DNA of 64,000 nt from an uncultured Bacilli bacterium (GTDB lineage Bacteria; Bacillota_I; Bacilli_A; RF39; UBA660), in the NCBI GenBank assembly GCA_934090685.1, contig CAKOJN010000003.1:54034-118033 (forward strand). The letters are read 5' to 3'. A model generated the notes under the pieces. That model did no database searches. It was not told the DNA's origin and saw nothing but the letters and a program-made list of their open reading frames with translations. The translations under genes and the position numbers were made by a program. This document shows positions 63,422 through 64,000 of the stretch, piece after piece (the stretch's first letter is position 1; every line of letters starts with the position of its first letter).

Positions 63422-64000
63422 ATGAAATATAAAGATTATAAGTTTACAACTTCAAATGAAAGTATGGATTTAACATATGACCAAGCTTGTGAATATTTTG
63501 AAGAAACTTTAGATTTTATAAAAAAAAGTAAATTTGATTTGTTTAATGATGATGAAGAATTATCACTTTCTGATGCAAGAAAAAAATATAACGAAATTAA
63601 TAGAAGACTACAAACTTTTGGACAAGCTTTTGAATTATTTATGAAATATATAATACATGCATCAAGAATTGAAAAGAATCCGAATATTACTATTGATGAA
63701 CTTTGGAATAGATGGATTAGAGGACATCAAATGGTGCCTTTAATAAATGAAAAGGCGAATAGTGCAGAGGTATTGCCAAATTTTAAAGAAATTTTTAATT
63801 TATCAATGAATGCATGGTATGGAATTTATGGGTTTAATTATATTCAGCATTTGGGGATAAAGTCAGAACAAGGTCGTATTGAACCATTTAAACTATTTAC
63901 GGTACTTCAACCACAAAACTATCAAGGGCTTGGTTCTATTACAAATGAAGAAATAGAGAAAATAATAGAAAAAAATACGGCAATCTATGAAAAATGTAGA
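63422..64000 (+). CDS. Hypothetical protein, N-terminal 193 codons (runs off the window), with a possible HEPN-like Rx4H motif
   Basis: Not in the track because there is no stop in the window. It opens from the ATG at 63422 behind a GTAGGTGAG RBS and a TGaTATAAT promoter. The product MKYKDYKFTT..GQAFELFMKYIIHASR..WNRWIRGHQM.. matches no family I recognise. Confidence 0.6.
   Translation, partial: MKYKDYKFTTSNESMDLTYDQACEYFEETLDFIKKSKFDLFNDDEELSLSDARKKYNEINRRLQTFGQAFELFMKYIIHASRIEKNPNITIDELWNRWIRGHQMVPLINEKANSAEVLPNFKEIFNLSMNAWYGIYGFNYIQHLGIKSEQGRIEPFKLFTVLQPQNYQGLGSITNEEIEKIIEKNTAIYEKCR

Noticed and set aside
1-64000. Alternative genetic code (TGA as Trp, as in Mollicutes), given the Mollicute-like SRP RNA and AT content.
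   Set aside because: Conserved genes end at TGA where expected (for example recF, and the XRE and agrB overlaps). Long conserved ORFs are uninterrupted under the standard code, so the standard bacterial code fits.

Overview
This is a very AT-rich (about 25% GC by eye) chromosomal replication-origin region of a low-GC Firmicute/Bacillota. The hydrogenase, sporulation genes and Mollicute-like small SRP RNA suggest a gut-type anaerobe. Genes left of about 11.9-12.4 kb read on the minus strand (dnaX, tadA, ffs, gyrA, gyrB, recF, a comK-like gene, dnaN, dnaA). Genes to the right read mostly on the plus strand (rpmH, rnpA, yidC, jag, mnmE, mnmG, rsmG, a Noc-like ParB gene, then housekeeping genes through secA). 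This places oriC in the dnaA-rpmH spacer. No rRNA, tRNA, CRISPR array, transposase or integrase was recognised. Unannotated small genes found by hand are rpmH, a 38-aa AgrD-type autoinducer precursor, a small SRP RNA, and two window-edge partial CDSs. Main second-look items, in order of interest: (1) a 1-kb ORF-free spacer between ffs and gyrA holds two exact parS and two exact Noc-binding palindromes in alternating order, yet the only ParB-family gene in the window is Noc-like, lacks the membrane-targeting helix, and has no soj/spo0J partner; (2) a ComK-family gene sits in the dnaN-recF slot behind three tandem perfect Spo0A boxes; (3) a small accessory island (32.1-35.6 kb) carries a long ORF-free transcribed-looking leader, a Fic protein with a degenerate active site, three paralogous XRE regulators and an unknown coupled partner; (4) there is a full-length but catalytically stripped iPGM homologue, a D1-only ClpC-like ATPase, an Abi_2 (HEPN) singleton, and a convergent agr-like quorum-sensing locus. 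All family assignments rest on motif recognition from memory, not on database searches.
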